A stretch of DNA of 64,000 nucleotides from Octopus vulgaris (GCA_951406725.2 OX597833.1:49600001-49664000); one strand, 5' to 3'; positions 27,124 through 40,961 are shown, counted from the stretch's first letter. Numbers and translations are program-made. Notes: generated by a model from the letters alone, not told the origin.

Positions 27124-27640
27124 CTGTCAACTCCAAAGTGTCACCACGGCACAAGGCAGCACCGACGCAAATTTGGTGACTTTAGATAAATCGTATTGTG
27201 ATCATTTTCAGTGCGTAACTGGTACTTAATTTATTCGGGGTCGATAAATTAAGTACCAGTTACGCACTGGGGTCGATGTAATCGACTTAATCCGTTCGTC
27301 TGTCCTTGTTTGTCCCCTCTGTCTTTAGCCCCTTGTGAGTAGTACAGAAATAGATAAATCGTATTGTCTTCAATTCCAGGCAATGATTAGGAGACCTAGG
27401 AACTCTCTCGCTCTCTCTGTCTGCCTGTCTGTCTGTCTTCTCTTTCTCTCTCTTTATCTCTCTCCCTCTCTCTGTCAACTTCAAAGTGTCACCACGGCAC
27501 AAGGCGGCACCGACGCAAATTTAGTGACTTTAGATAAATCATATTGTCTTCCTTTCCAGGCAATGATAAGGAGCTCTAGGAACTCTCTCGCTCTCCCTGT
27601 CTGCCTGTCTGTCTGTCTAGCTGTCTGTCTGTCTTCTCTC
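27124..27640 (+). repeat. Tandem duplication (~190-bp unit), first unit interrupted by a 5'-inverted SINE B
   Basis: Units begin at 27124 and 27472; insert 27200-27350 with TSD tagataaatcgtattgt (27183-27199, 27351-27367). Confidence 0.9.
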
Positions 27641-28633
27641 TCTCTCACACACACACTCCCAGCCGCAGCCGCCGGTGAATAGGGTCGGATTATGAAATCA
27701 ATAATCTTTTAGCTAATATCGTTCTGAGTACGACTGACCAGTATTACCCTCATACTATATGTTGACCAGTTATACCCATTAATAATTGGCCTATCAAAAC
27801 TAGTTAATGGAATTCACTGACCAGATATATGCATAAAAATTGGTTGATTAGTTCGACGCAAATAAAGTTGGCAGTTCTACACGACCGAATAAGAAATGAC
27901 TGACAAGTGAAACTGTATAAGAACTAGCTGACCAGAGCCTGTGAATGTATAATTAGCTTGTTCTACAAACAATAAGAAAGAAACCTCTTGTACATTTGAA
28001 TAAGTTATGAATCTTAAGAAAAACATTTTCCCAATGAATTATCGAAAACTTAGCAAAAATAGATGAATAATTCAAATATGCCAAATTTTATATATATATA
28101 TATTTTAACTTGTATTTTATTTTAGCTATTTTTTGAAAATTTAAAATTAATTCATGAAATATTTTTGAACATTTAAATATTAAGCTCGCACTAAATCAGA
28201 GAAATTTTTTTTCGATATTTCTCGAGTTTACAATTTGTTTGCATTTGAACATTAATGAGGAGAGTGGTGGCGATTTTATAAATATTGTATTGGTGGGGGT
28301 GGTGGTAGATGGTAGTGTTGATGATGAATTTGGAACATAACATAAAAGCTTTTACAGCTGCAAGAAACAATAAATATATTCAACAGAGTATACAAGAACT
28401 AGAAAATGGTGCGTATTTAAAGGAGATAAATCAGTGGAAACGAATCACGTGGGGAAGTGAAATTATTGTGTACAGAGAATTCAAAAGCTTGTTGTCAAAT
28501 GTGGGTGAACGTTGCTAACAACAAAATAGCATATATATAGATGTTATGGCGGATTAATTTACGGTTTATAATATACGGGAACACAATTATTTTGCCAAAC
28601 ATTTGCATGAAAGAGAAGTCTTTATATGAATTA

Positions 28634-28804
28634 TACTCTTTACTTGTTTCAGTCATTTGACTGTGGCCATGCTGGAGCACCGCATTTAGTCGAGCAAATC
28701 GACCCCAGGACTTATTCTTTGTAAGCCAAGCCTAATACTTATTCTATCGGTCTCTTTTTGCCGAACCGCAAAGTTACGGGGACGTAAACACACCAGCATC
28801 GGTT
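28634..28804 (-). mobile_element. SINE family A 3' fragment
   Basis: Consensus tail and 3' domain. Confidence 0.87.
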
Positions 28805-29046
28805 TCGATTCCCAGACTGGGCGTTGTGTGTTTATTGAGCGAAAACACCTAAAGCTCCACGAGGCTCCGGTATGGGGTTATGGCGACCCCTGTTGTACTC
28901 TTTCGCCCAAACTTTCTCTCACTCTTTCTTCCTGTTTCTTGAGTAACGCTGCGATGACCTGGCGTGTCGTCCAGCTAGGGGGAACACATACGTCATAGAA
29001 ACCAGGAAATCGGGCCCATAAGCCTGGCTAGGCTTGAAAAGGGCGA
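28801..29046 (+). mobile_element. Third SINE type (V-domain-like), 5' truncated at the B-box
   Basis: ggtttcgattccc B-box; ctgcgatgacctggcgtgtcgtccag resembles the V-SINE central domain. Confidence 0.6.
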
Positions 29047-29095
29047 AAATATGTATAAACATTTACTTACATATGTACACTTATACACATAAATA

Positions 29096-29300
29096 ATCTT
29101 TTCTACTAAAAGCACAAGGTCTGAAATTTTGGGGGAGGGGACTGGTCTATTATATCGACCACAGTGTTTCACTGGTACTTAATTTATCAACCCCGAAAGG
29201 ATAAAAACACAGAGTCGATCTCGGTGAAATTTGAACTCAGATCGTAGCGACGGGTGAAATGCCGCTAGGTATTTCGTCGAGCGTGGTAACGATTCTGCCA
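29096..29300 (-). mobile_element. SINE family B monomer (alternative tail)
   Basis: Core accccgaaaggat...aatttgaactcag; tail ccccaaaatttcagaccttgtgc. Confidence 0.85.
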
Positions 29301-30000
29301 TGTCGGTTTATTTTATATTGTTAGTTACATCCTTTCGTGATAAAACAGAAACAGAAAACTAAGATATTTATTAAACGGTGTCTTCTCTTCTATAATTTTT
29401 CATGTACTATCGTCATTTGCTTGGATACAGTTTAGTACTACAAGAAAGACGTGACTGTAAATATCGGATAATTTATATATATATATCTGTACCTAAAGAT
29501 AACAATTCTGCGTTTACACATCCAACGAGTGCGTTTTTCTTCGTTTCACTAAGAAACTTAAAAACCATGTCTGATAATGTTTCATCATGTGATTTTTATC
29601 ACGTTGGTTCGAGCGGATACTTTTATCAAACTACAACCGACAAGAGAGGTTGAAAGAAATAACAAAAAAACAAACAAACAAACAAAAAACAAAAAAACTA
29701 GGTTTCAGATAAATATCATATATATTTCTAGAACATTCCAGTTATAATAGCTAACAACAGATTGATACTTATATGGCAACGTCAGTTGTCAGTTCATCAT
29801 ATACTCTGTGTCACTTAGAATATTATTTCAGACAAATTTCAGTCAGCAATTTACTTCTTTTCCCTTTTTATATTCTAACTCAGTCAAACTTACTTCAGTA
29901 AATCTTTCACGATATAAATTTTGTTTTCATTACACAAGTATTCAAATCTTACTCGTACCTTCGGATATATTTTGAATTTAATTCTCCTTACCTTCTGTGA

Positions 30001-30232
30001 AGGTACATGGCTCAGTGGTAAAAGCATCGGGCTCACAATCAGAAGGTAATGAGTTCGGTTTCTGGCCCGTCCTGTATGTTGTGTTCTTGAGCAATACAAT
30101 TTTATTTTACGTCACCCAGCTGTAGAAATAAGTTGCGACGTCACTGGTGCAAAGTTGTGTCGGCCTTTGCGTTCTCCTGGGATAACATCAGCGGCGTGGA
30201 GGGCGACTATTGGTCTTCCATGAACAACCTTT
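30001..30232 (+). mobile_element. Fourth tRNA-headed SINE type, degenerate
   Basis: tggctcagtggtaa A-box, gagttcggtttct B-box, gttgtgttcttgagcaa and cagctgtagaaataag domains. Confidence 0.6.
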
Positions 30233-30753
30233 ATATATATACGTATGTGTTTCTGTGTCCTTCTTTTTGTATCTATCCTTGCCTTTACAGCTGTTGACAG
30301 TCGGTGTTGGTTTATTTATAACTCAGTAACTTAGTGGCTCAGAAAAATGGAAAATAAATTTTGGAGAGGATCTATTCAATGAAACATTTCAGAGTGGTAT
30401 CCCAGTATGGCCGCAGTTGACTAACTGAAACCACCAAAAGTTGAAAGCTTGTTTCCCAAGAAAACCAACGAATGAACACTTAGGAAGTCGAATAACCAAA
30501 TAAAGATAAAAAGTCATTTCTATCCAAAGCGTTTTAAGAAAAAGAATAAAAAGTGGAATATCGGTACGGGAAAAATCTTTAGAAGAAAAAATCCTGTCGA
30601 ACAAGTATTTCGGTCCGCTCGTTCCCCACTCTAATAGAACCATACCCACCTAGGTAGTAACTCCTAGGCGTCCGCCTGCTATTATTTTAATGTCACTTTT
30701 AGTTGGGGGATTGAACTCTGTGCCTTTCAATGAGCTTATTGCACGAGTGTATA

Positions 30754-31162
30754 GGCGCAGGAGTGGCTGTGTGGTAAGTAGCTTGTTTACCAACCACATG
30801 GTTCCGGGTTCAATCTCACTGCGTGGCATCTTGGGCAAGTGTCTTCTGCTATAGCCCCGGGCCGACCAATGCCTTGTGAGTGGATTTGGTAGACGGAAAC
30901 TGAAAGAAGCCTGTCGTATATATATGTATATATATTTATATATATATGTATGCGTGTGTTTGTGTGTCTGTGTTTGTCCCCGCTAGCATTGCTTGACAAC
31001 CGATGCTGGTGTGTTTACGTCCCCGTCACTTAGCGGTTCGGCAAAAGAGACCGATAGAATAAGTACTGGGCTTACAAAGAATAAGTCCCGGGGTCGATTT
31101 GCTCGACTAAAGGCGGTGCACCAGCATGGCCGCAATCAAATGACTGAAACAAGTAAAAGAGA
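30754..31162 (+). mobile_element. SINE family A, full length
   Basis: Consensus match. Confidence 0.93.
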
Positions 31163-32229
31163 GAAAGAGAGAGAGATCACAAAGACCATCACACGTACTT
31201 ACACTATCTCAAAGAAGGTTCCCTTCCTTCTATGTTTAGTGTTTTGCTGTATTTCTTTTCAGTGTCATCTATCATTCCTTTTTGCTCGTAACAACATTGA
31301 GCTCTTTTAACCTGTTTCTGACAAGCGTTTCATCATAACTATTCGTTTGCGACTCGTAATTCCGAGCCGACCTTGTAGTTAGCACACGCACCAATTTCCA
31401 TTACATTTACTATGCAACGGTGACCCCCCACCCGCTTGCTAGTCGTTACGTGTTGAATTAAGATTGCTTGTCTGAAAATAAAACGAGATAGTGATAGAAT
31501 TCTTGACGTTAGTACTGTTTGACCATGGTTCACCTGGGATTAGAGTAGGACGCATCTATATTTCGTAAAGATTATAATTTCATTTGGTGCAAATCGTTAC
31601 ATCTCTCCTAATCTTCAGTACATTATATTACTTTACAATGCACCAGCGCCCTCTTTAAGGATATCCAAATTATATAAAATCTATATAATTTATAGTTAAT
31701 ATTAGATAATTATACTTTTAGCATATATAATCATATCGAAAAAAAATTATAAGTTTCTGTTTTATAAACAATTTCTGCAAGAGAAAAGTTGTAGTTTGAT
31801 GGAAAATAATGCTGGAGATTACTATAGCGTGATAGCATGTAATTTTGGGGATATAATTTTGATATAAAGTGCACAAGTGAAGAACGTGTTTCTTGCTGCA
31901 AAAAGAGAAACGAACAAATGTCAATACCTCGCTAGCAAAACTAATTGACTTTAGTTGGCTTTGCTTCAGCAGTCAACATATTTGAGGCGAATAGAAATAT
32001 TCATAATACTACGTCTACTTTTCAGCTGTGCGTGTATATATGTGCTCGCACGCACACACACATACACACATGCACGTACGCATATATACACACACACATA
32101 CGTACCCAAACTCACACGCATATATATGCACACTAAGCAAGCCTGTAATGAGTTACACATAGCACGAATTTATAAAATGTAGATGCGTATGCATATGTGT
32201 GTGTGTATAAATATATATATAAACATATA

Positions 32230-32442
32230 GGCGTAAGAGTGGTTGTGGTAAGTAGCTTGCATACGAACCACATGGTTCCGGGTTCAGTTCCACTGCATGG
32301 CACCTTCGGCAAATGTCTCCTACTATAGCCTCGGGCTGACCAAAGCCTTGTGAGTGGATTTAGTAGATGGAAATTGAAAGAAGCCTGTCGTATGTATGTA
32401 TGTATGTATGTATGTATGTATGTATGTATGTATGTATGTATG

Positions 32443-32489
<47 letters not shown>

Positions 32490-32697
32490 ATGTTTGTGTG
32501 TCTGTGTTTGTCCCCCCAACATCACTTGACAACCGATGCTGGTGTGTTTACGTCCCCGTAACTTACCGTATCGGCAAAAGACACCGATAGAACAAGAACT
32601 AGGCTTACAAAGAATAAGTCCTGGGGTCGATTTGCTCGACTAAAGGTGGTGCTCCAGCATGGCCACAGTCAAATGACTGAAACAAGTAAAGAGTAAA
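32230..32697 (+). mobile_element. SINE family A, full length
   Basis: Consensus match; internal (TATG)n/(TA)n. Confidence 0.92.
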
Positions 32698-32721
32698 TAG
32701 TATATATATTCTATCTATCTG

Positions 32722-32810
<89 letters not shown>

Positions 32811-33166
32811 ATCCACACGCAGAATTTATCACATATATATAGTTCTCTACGAGTGATTGATGACATATAACCTATTTTATCTCCAATAAGATTCTTCCAT
32901 CTGATCCCTGTTGGGAAATTTTTAACCATATAAACTGAAAACAAATAATTTGAAGGGTGTGCTCCAGCATGGACTTCATTCTTATGGCTAATAGACACTA
33001 AAGGACGATTGATTTTCACATTGTACTTCCCAGCCATTTTTCATAATTACTTCAGGTAAAACTAAAATTGATTTCAAATTCAGCTGGTTCTTATGTTATC
33101 GACCCTAAAAGGTAAAGTCGACCTCAGAAGAATTTGAACTCAGAACATTAGACGGACGAAATGACG

Positions 33167-33735
33167 CTGGAAATGTAAATTTTAATTAAATGTTTTTAAT
33201 TTTAATTAAATTCCAGTTCCCTTTGATATGATTAAATACTGTAAGTTTGGGATAATTTTCGGTTAAAAGTTGGAGGTTTTTTTATTGTAGCCAGTGAAGG
33301 ACTGCGTCTGCGCAGTAGAATTTGAAAAGTTAGTTTCTATAAATACGAGACATGTAGCCTTGTTTGTCTCGTGTGGATACGTTTAACCCTAGGTTGGACC
33401 TGCTGAAGAAAATCAGATCTTGTGAGTTCTCCTTAACTCGCTAAAAGAAGATTAGAAACCAATTGGTCTAGGAAACTAGATAGTAAATGTTTTTCATTTC
33501 CAAATTTATTGCTGTCGAGTTTTATACCCAATGTTTGTGGTTATAGAACCTAGCTGTACTTTCTAGCATGTAGAATCCCTATAAGTGGATTCCTTATATG
33601 TTTAAATATACACTATATCGTATGACTAATATATAGTCTTTTTGACTAATTTTTATTACACGTTAGACCACTGGAAATGTAAATTGTAATTAAATGTTTT
33701 TAATTTTAATTAAATCCCATTTCCCTTTGATGTGT
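33167..33735 (+). mobile_element. Retrozyme/Penelope-like non-coding element: 504-bp unit with ~65-bp terminal direct repeat and central hammerhead
   Basis: ctggaaatgtaaatt...ttccctttgat at 33167 and 33671; no ORF. Confidence 0.7.
33399..33472 (+). ncRNA. Type I hammerhead ribozyme with palindromic stem III
   Basis: cctg-CTGAAGA-long stem II (aatc/gatt; gtgagtt/aactcgc)-GAAA-ccaattgg-TC-tagg; GUC cleavage triplet; A.A mismatch at the base of stem II. Confidence 0.75.
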
Positions 33736-33737
33736 AC

Positions 33738-33912
33738 CGTTGGCGATTTTTTTTCCTCTGTCTTCCCTTCTCTGGATCTTTCCTTCTCCTATGTTTCCGA
33801 CGAAGAGCTCCGCTCGAAACGTTAAACCCTCCTTCTTTCCTGAGCGTCCAATAATACTATATTTGTTCCACGTCCTCGCGTTGTTGTGTTTTTTGTGCTT
33901 TCTTGTTTGGAT

Positions 33913-33917
<5 letters not shown>
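33738..33917 (+). mobile_element. Short Penelope-like repeat carrying a minimal hammerhead
   Basis: Same layout as 19488-19658 (pyrimidine tract, ribozyme, ttcctgagc, T-rich tail, (TA)n). Confidence 0.62.
33793..33827 (+). ncRNA. Minimal type I hammerhead, U4C variant
   Basis: gttt-CCGACGA-a-gagc tcc gctc-GAAA-cg-TT-aaac; stems I and II pair, stem III is a loopless palindrome (aacgtt). Confidence 0.65.
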
Positions 33918-33950
<33 letters not shown>

Positions 33951-34019
33951 CTATCTATCAGTGCTAGGAAATATTTCCCTTTGTATAACGGTATTTTTTC
34001 ATAGCGTTTTCAAATAGCC

Positions 34020-34082
34020 AGATAACCGAAGAGATGGCGTTGTGGATTCCCACTCCGGCATCTGAAACTCAGAGTTTTATCT
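34020..34082 (+). ncRNA. Type I hammerhead, U4C variant, within a ~215-bp element (33967-34182)
   Basis: agataa-CCGAAGA-gatg...catc t-GAAA-ctc a gag-TT-ttatct; perfect 6-bp stem I. Confidence 0.68.
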
Positions 34083-34179
34083 TGACTATCGAGTAATGTA
34101 ACATATTTTTTTATAGATAAATTTCCTCTATTTACATAATATTGAGGTCTCTTTCTTTCTTTTGTTATCTTACCGTTTT

Positions 34180-34294
<115 letters not shown>

Positions 34295-34585
34295 CCAAGA
34301 GACAGATGGACAAATATCCGAAATCTACCGCAGCAATGAACTGATCTTCGAAACCTGTTGCTTCGTCTCTTGTCTCTCGCTGCTAATTTATTTATTTCCC
34401 ATTCGAGAACCTGACATGTCCATTTGTTCTCATTCTTACATGGACAGGTTTACTAAATGGTAACCAATTTCTATTTAGTGTTTAGTTTCATGACTGACAA
34501 ACATTTAATGTTCCTGTCTTCCCAAATAGCAGCCATCTTACCGTATCGCTGTCTACACGACTCTCGTTGTCACTTGACTCATTAA

Positions 34586-35101
<516 letters not shown>

Positions 35102-35621
35102 TCACTTAGAACCACTCGCAATTTTCCTTACGGCATCCCGCTGTCAATGCAACCATGACAACTCAACACTTACGTACAAACCTCACTATAATCACACTCA
35201 TTACTCCAGCACCATCTTTTTCTACGATTCCAGCTCATCTCTTTGCATAGAGTATCACGTGACTATACCTCTCCAATATTCAGCATCACGCATTTGAGCT
35301 CAGAAACCATTAGGTAATAAGTCCGGCAATTTTAACTGCTAACCTATTTTGACTTCACACGCACACAAACAGTCACATCGCTCACTAACGTCTACATATA
35401 CAAACAATTTAAACCTATTTATCTCAGAGAAGAGTTTTAAATTGCGGTCGACGTCTCTTTGTAATTTTTATCAATATATGATTAATCCAGCTTTGTTGAA
35501 GAGAGAGATTCGAAGTTGCGTGCTGGCGTTTAGGATTTGTGTTTTTTTTTTTTTTCTATTTCTAGAAGACACCACTTTGAAACGAAGTGAAATTGTAACC
35601 GCATGTGTGAAACATTATACG

Positions 35622-35848
35622 TACTCTTTTACTCTTTTACTTGTTTCAGCCATGTGACTGAGGCCATGCTGGAGCACCGCCTTTAGTCGAGCAAATCGAC
35701 CCCGGGACTTGTTCTTTGTAAGCCTAGTACTTATTCTATCGGTCTCTTTTGCCGAACCGCTAAGTTATGGGGACGTAAACACACCGGCATCGGTTGTCAA
35801 GCGATATTGGGGGCGGACAAACAGACACACAAACATATACACACACAT

Positions 35849-35879
<31 letters not shown>

Positions 35880-35959
35880 CATATATACGACAGGCTTCTT
35901 TCAGTTTCCGTTTACCAAATCCACTCACAAGCTACTTACTACACAGCCAATCCTGCGCC
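35622..35959 (-). mobile_element. SINE family A with internal deletion
   Basis: Jumps from ccactcacaag to ctacttac across a caag microhomology. Confidence 0.9.
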
Positions 35960-36497
35960 TATACATGGACAAATATATAAGTATGTACTTCTGTAATCGT
36001 GTGTGATCTAAAGTGAGTGTTGTTGAATAGTGGGAATTTGTGATTGTGTGACGTTCGAATCTTTAGAGTTCCGGAAACTGAGGAGTTGATCGAAGTTTTG
36101 TATCTTTATCAAGACAATTCACGACAATCCAGATCACACATACACACCCAAAATAGCGTTAAGAATGAGAGGTGTTTTGGACCTCCAGTGATGAGTTTGG
36201 GTAGTGTTAGAAAGTCCTAACAAACCCATATATTAAAATTGTTAACGGCAAACGTCCCCCAAAATGAATGGCTTGCTCTTCTTGTAACTAATGTGTTCAA
36301 AGTATTACCCTTAAAGCGTCTAAATTGTATTGAAAGGTAAAGGGTTCTGAATAGTCCAGCTGCCCCGCACATTCTATTTTATATATTGGAATAGTGAGAG
36401 AATTGCTTGGTTATGATTCCATGAACATCATATGCATGGGGTCGCACTATAACAGTCTTATGTTTTGACAATAAAAAAAATTAATGTCGCTAATATA

Positions 36498-36907
36498 GGC
36501 GCAGGAGTGGCTGTGTGGTAAGTAGCTTGCTTACGAACTACATGGTTCCGGCTTCAGTTCCATTGCGTGGCACCTTGCGCAAGTGTCTTCTACTATAGCC
36601 TCGGGCCGACCAAAGCCTTCTGAGTGGATTTGGTAGACGGAAACTGAAAGAAGCCTGTCGTATATATGTATATATTTATATATGTTTGTGTGTGTGTGTT
36701 TATGTGTTTGTGTTTGTCCCCCAACATCGTTTGACAACCGATGCTGGTGTGTTTACGTCCCCGTAACTTAGCAGTTCGGCAAAAGAGACGGTAGAATAGG
36801 TACTAGGCTTACAAAGAATAAGTCCTGGGGTTGATTTGCTCGACTAAGGGCGGTGCTCCAGCATGGCCACAGTCGAATGACCGAAACAAGTAAAAGGGTA
36901 AAAGAGT
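36498..36907 (+). mobile_element. SINE family A, full length
   Basis: Consensus match. Confidence 0.92.
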
Positions 36908-36915
36908 AATAGATA

Positions 36916-37283
36916 GTAACATTATTTGATAGGGTACGTAGCTCGGAGATCATGGAGTTTGTCTAGATCACGTAGTTACTTCACAACATTGAGAAGTCAC
37001 GACTTCGGTACCATGGACATGTGCCTCGAATGCTTCAGGAATGTGTCACAGGACAGATTCTTCAAGGCGAGTCAACCAACTGGAGATCTTGGATATAAAC
37101 TAACATTGAGATGATTGGTTAATTTGATGTTCTCAGCTGGTCCCGCTTGGGAATCCAGCAGGAAATTTAATGATAGTTGCTCCTGGTAAAACTCTGTGTA
37201 GAAGGGGTTTGGGAATTCTGCCCCCAGAGATCTCTCAGGAATAGTGGGCGGCTAAAACTGATGGATGGATGGATGGATGGATG
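36916..37283 (+). mobile_element. RTE-clade (Rex3/Expander-like) LINE 3' fragment
   Basis: VTLFDRVRSSEI...IEKSRLRYHGHVPRM with in-frame stops; (GATG)n tail. Confidence 0.82.
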
Positions 37284-37426
37284 AAATAACTCATGTCGCG
37301 GAAATACCAAAGAAAATTTATTTCCGAAACGTCAGCATTCACATTCCTCACACCTACGCACACCATTAATATATTCCTATTATTATTTTTTCTGTCTTTT
37401 TTTCTAATATCTCGCTGGTATATTGC

Positions 37427-38230
37427 AGTGAGCTGGCATAATCGTTAGCACGACACGCAAAATACATAGCGGCATTTCGCCCGTATTTACGTTCTGAGTT
37501 CAAACGCCACCGAAGTCGACTTTGCCTTTCAACATTTCGGGATCGATAAAATAAGTACTAGTTGAATACTGGGATCGATGTAAGCGACTATCTCCTTCCC
37601 CCAAATTGCTGGCCTTGTACTTATAGTGGAAAGGATTATTTTTTCTTTGTGTTATTTTAATATTTCGCCAGTATATTGCGGCGAGCTGGCAGAAATGTTA
37701 GCACGCCGGGCGAAATGCATAGCGGTATTTCGTCTGCCGTTACGTTCCGAGTTCAAATTCTGCCGAGGTCAACTTTGCCTTTCATCCTTTCGGAGTCGAT
37801 TAAATAAGTACCAGTTACGCACTGGGGTCGATATAATCGACTTAATCCGCTTGTCTGCCCTTGTTTGTCCTCTCTGTGTGTAGCCCCTTGTGGGTAGTAA
37901 AGAAATAGATATTTCGTCTGCCGCTACGTTCTGAGTTCAAATTCCGTCAAGGTCGACTTTGCCTTTCACCCTTTCGGGGTCGATTAAATAAGTACCAGTT
38001 ACGCACTGGGGTCGACATAATCGACTTAATCCGCTTGTCTGTCCTTGTTTGTTCTCTCTGTGTGTAGCCCCTTGTGGGTAGTAAAAAAATAGGTACTTCG
38101 TCTGTATTTTCGTTCTGAGTTCAAACGCCGCCTTTCAACCTTCCTGGGTCGTTAACATAAGTACCAATTGAGCACCAAGGTCGACTTACCCGCTCCTCGA
38201 AATTTCTGGCCTTGTGCCAAAATTTGAAAC
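37427..38230 (+). mobile_element. SINE family B monomer (37427-37640) followed by trimer (37678-38230)
   Basis: Trimer flanked by taatattt(c/a)gccagtat (37658-37674, 38231-38247). Confidence 0.9.
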
Positions 38231-39429
38231 TAATATTTAGCCAGTATTGCAGATCCATGCATAGTTCAAAATAATTATAAATGCCTCTTGTAAAATATTA
38301 AGTGGCTTTAACAACGATGACTATGTTGATATGTGGTACATCGAAGGAAAAACCTGATTCGCTTTACGTATTCCTATTTCTTCTATATATTCATTTAAGG
38401 ATTAAACTCAGGCGTTTCAACAATAACTGATGGGAAATGGCTAAACTAGAAATTGAATCTATATTTCAAACTCGCCTTCCCACCTCTTTACGGAGATTGC
38501 ACATTTATAGTACACTGTCTATCAAGCTCCGGTTGTAGTGCAACTTCAAAAACTTAGTAATTCGTGGCGCTGATACATTATATCACCTACCACCATGAAC
38601 TTGTAGACTCTACTCAATGAAGCATTCTACTAATTTATACTTCATACCAAATCAATAACTTAGGCGAAAAGTCGCTGCATTAATATTTCCTTGTCAAAAT
38701 ATTAATATATTTAACGATTGAATTTCATTGAAATATACAAATCCGCTACGGGTTAAAGGTCAAATACATAAATATTTACTACACGTATAACAAATATACG
38801 CGTATCTCTGGCTACTTAAACATATCAAAAGGATAAACATTTGATATACATTATACAGGATATCAGTAATAAAAGTAGATTAGCTTAGAACTTTCTGGGG
38901 AATAGGAAAAATTCGATAGATATTGCAACATATACGATATCTATCATTAAAAACAAGATAGATATTGCAGCTACACAACTTCCATCTTGAAAAAAAAAAA
39001 AAAAGACACAAAACTTTCCTGGTTCTTTGCTCCTAGAATATTCTGCCAGGAACCAAAGTTGCAGTGTTTTTTTTGTTGCTTTTAGATGCATATACATAGA
39101 GCTGAGATATATTTTCTCCGGTGTTAAGTAGAAGTGAGGCATATCTTTCCCTAGAGAGGATACTGTATTATCACAAGCAACGATATCTGACGTTCTGGTG
39201 GCTATTTACGACGTAAACTGACAACGTGAGCTAACCAAGATACTTAAAGCCAATTATTGGAAACATGGAGTTTCGGACTGTGAAACTGACAAGGGAGTTT
39301 ATCTAGCTCTGGGTGAAACAAACATCGCATAGTAATTTGTTAGAAAAGCATCACGTTTCTGGCTTGGCTTTCTCCTTTCAGTGTGTAAGAAGACCACTTG
39401 GTGGTTTTCCTCTTAGAGTGTATTTTATA

Positions 39430-39479
<50 letters not shown>

Positions 39480-39665
39480 AATATCTTATGATCTACTCAT
39501 GCTGTCCTCTGGTATAAATAATTTTTGATAATTTTTACCCTTTATATATACATATATATATACATACATGTATACACACACACACATATATATATATATA
39601 CATATATACATATATACATATACATATACATATATATATATATGTATATACATACACCCCACGCA

Positions 39666-39714
<49 letters not shown>

Positions 39715-39716
39715 GT

Positions 39717-40951
39717 AAAGTGGCCTATGATGATTTTTTAACCAATGGAGTAAAACAGTAATCATATTCAAAGTTTAATAACTCGAGAAACACCCAACAG
39801 AATTGTCTGAAAATTTGCACTAATACTTGGTAGAGCCTCCTTTCACAAATTGCACGGCTTTTGCATAGTCTTTGAAGGTTAGCGACCATAGGTTGATTCA
39901 TGTTCTTCCGCGTCTCCAAGAGAGTGCTTTTCAAGGCTGCCACGGACGAAACTTTGGCAAAATTAGCTCGAATTTGCCTGTCAAAGTATTCCCAGACATG
40001 CTCGATAAAGTTCCATTAGAAACTTTGAATAACTCACCCGAGAAACTTGATACCATGCGTTTCTTTCCAGACTTTTGAAAATTTGCACATATGACATGGT
40101 GCTCCATTTTCTTGTAAAAAAAGAGAAGTATTCTTATTCTTTTTATCGGAGTCGTAAATCGGAAGCAGTCCCTTTTCTAATATATCACAATATTTCGGTT
40201 TATCCAACTGATTTTCCTCGAAAATTAGCTCAAATTTCCTTCCTGCCCTGATAGCTCCTCCAATCCCTCCAATTTACGGTAGCTTGCAAATATTCAGTCT
40301 GCCAAGCTTCAATTTTGATCCTCTCTACATAGACTTGTCTTGAATTCAAATATTGGCAAAACTTACTTCCATACTAAAGACTGTCAAAATCAATTTTTCT
40401 TGTCCCCGTGCTCTCTATACCAGTCATACCTTTTCCTTTAGTTGATGGCTGAAATCAACGGTTTCTTTCTTGCAATTTTTCTTCCATATCTTAGTTCTTT
40501 TAAGACTTTGTTTACAGAGGAGGGCGATATTTCATTTCCATGTTGTTTGCAAACCTCTCTGACAGTACGAGAGCAGTTTCTGATGATTTCCATCTCTAGT
40601 GCTCACCTTTCTCTATCCGATATTCGGCCTTCCACAATGTGGTTTCACACGACAGTGTCCTTCTTTTTGAAACCTATTGACCATATTATTAATAGTCTGA
40701 TGATTTACCTAAAAAAAAAATTTTGCTATTTCCCTGTTCGACTTCCTTCACTGATACCATCCTATAATTTGTCCTCGTTTGAACTCGCTAATTTCTGTAC
40801 TTCCTTTCACTTTCATTGTGAAATATCATTTGCAAAATCTATTAATCGGCAAAATATGATAGAAAATTCAATACAAAATGCAAGAAAGATGTTACAAATT
40901 ATGAAATCCGAAAAATTCAGGGTTGCTAAAATCTTGTCGTAGGCCACTGTA
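39717..40951 (-). mobile_element. Decayed full-length Tc1-like DNA transposon
   Basis: Imperfect TIRs (c/a)agtggccta(c/t)ga..; minus-strand remnants FLQENGAPCH, NFIEHVW and C-terminal KGGSTKY*. Confidence 0.85.
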
Positions 40952-40961
40952 TATATACATA

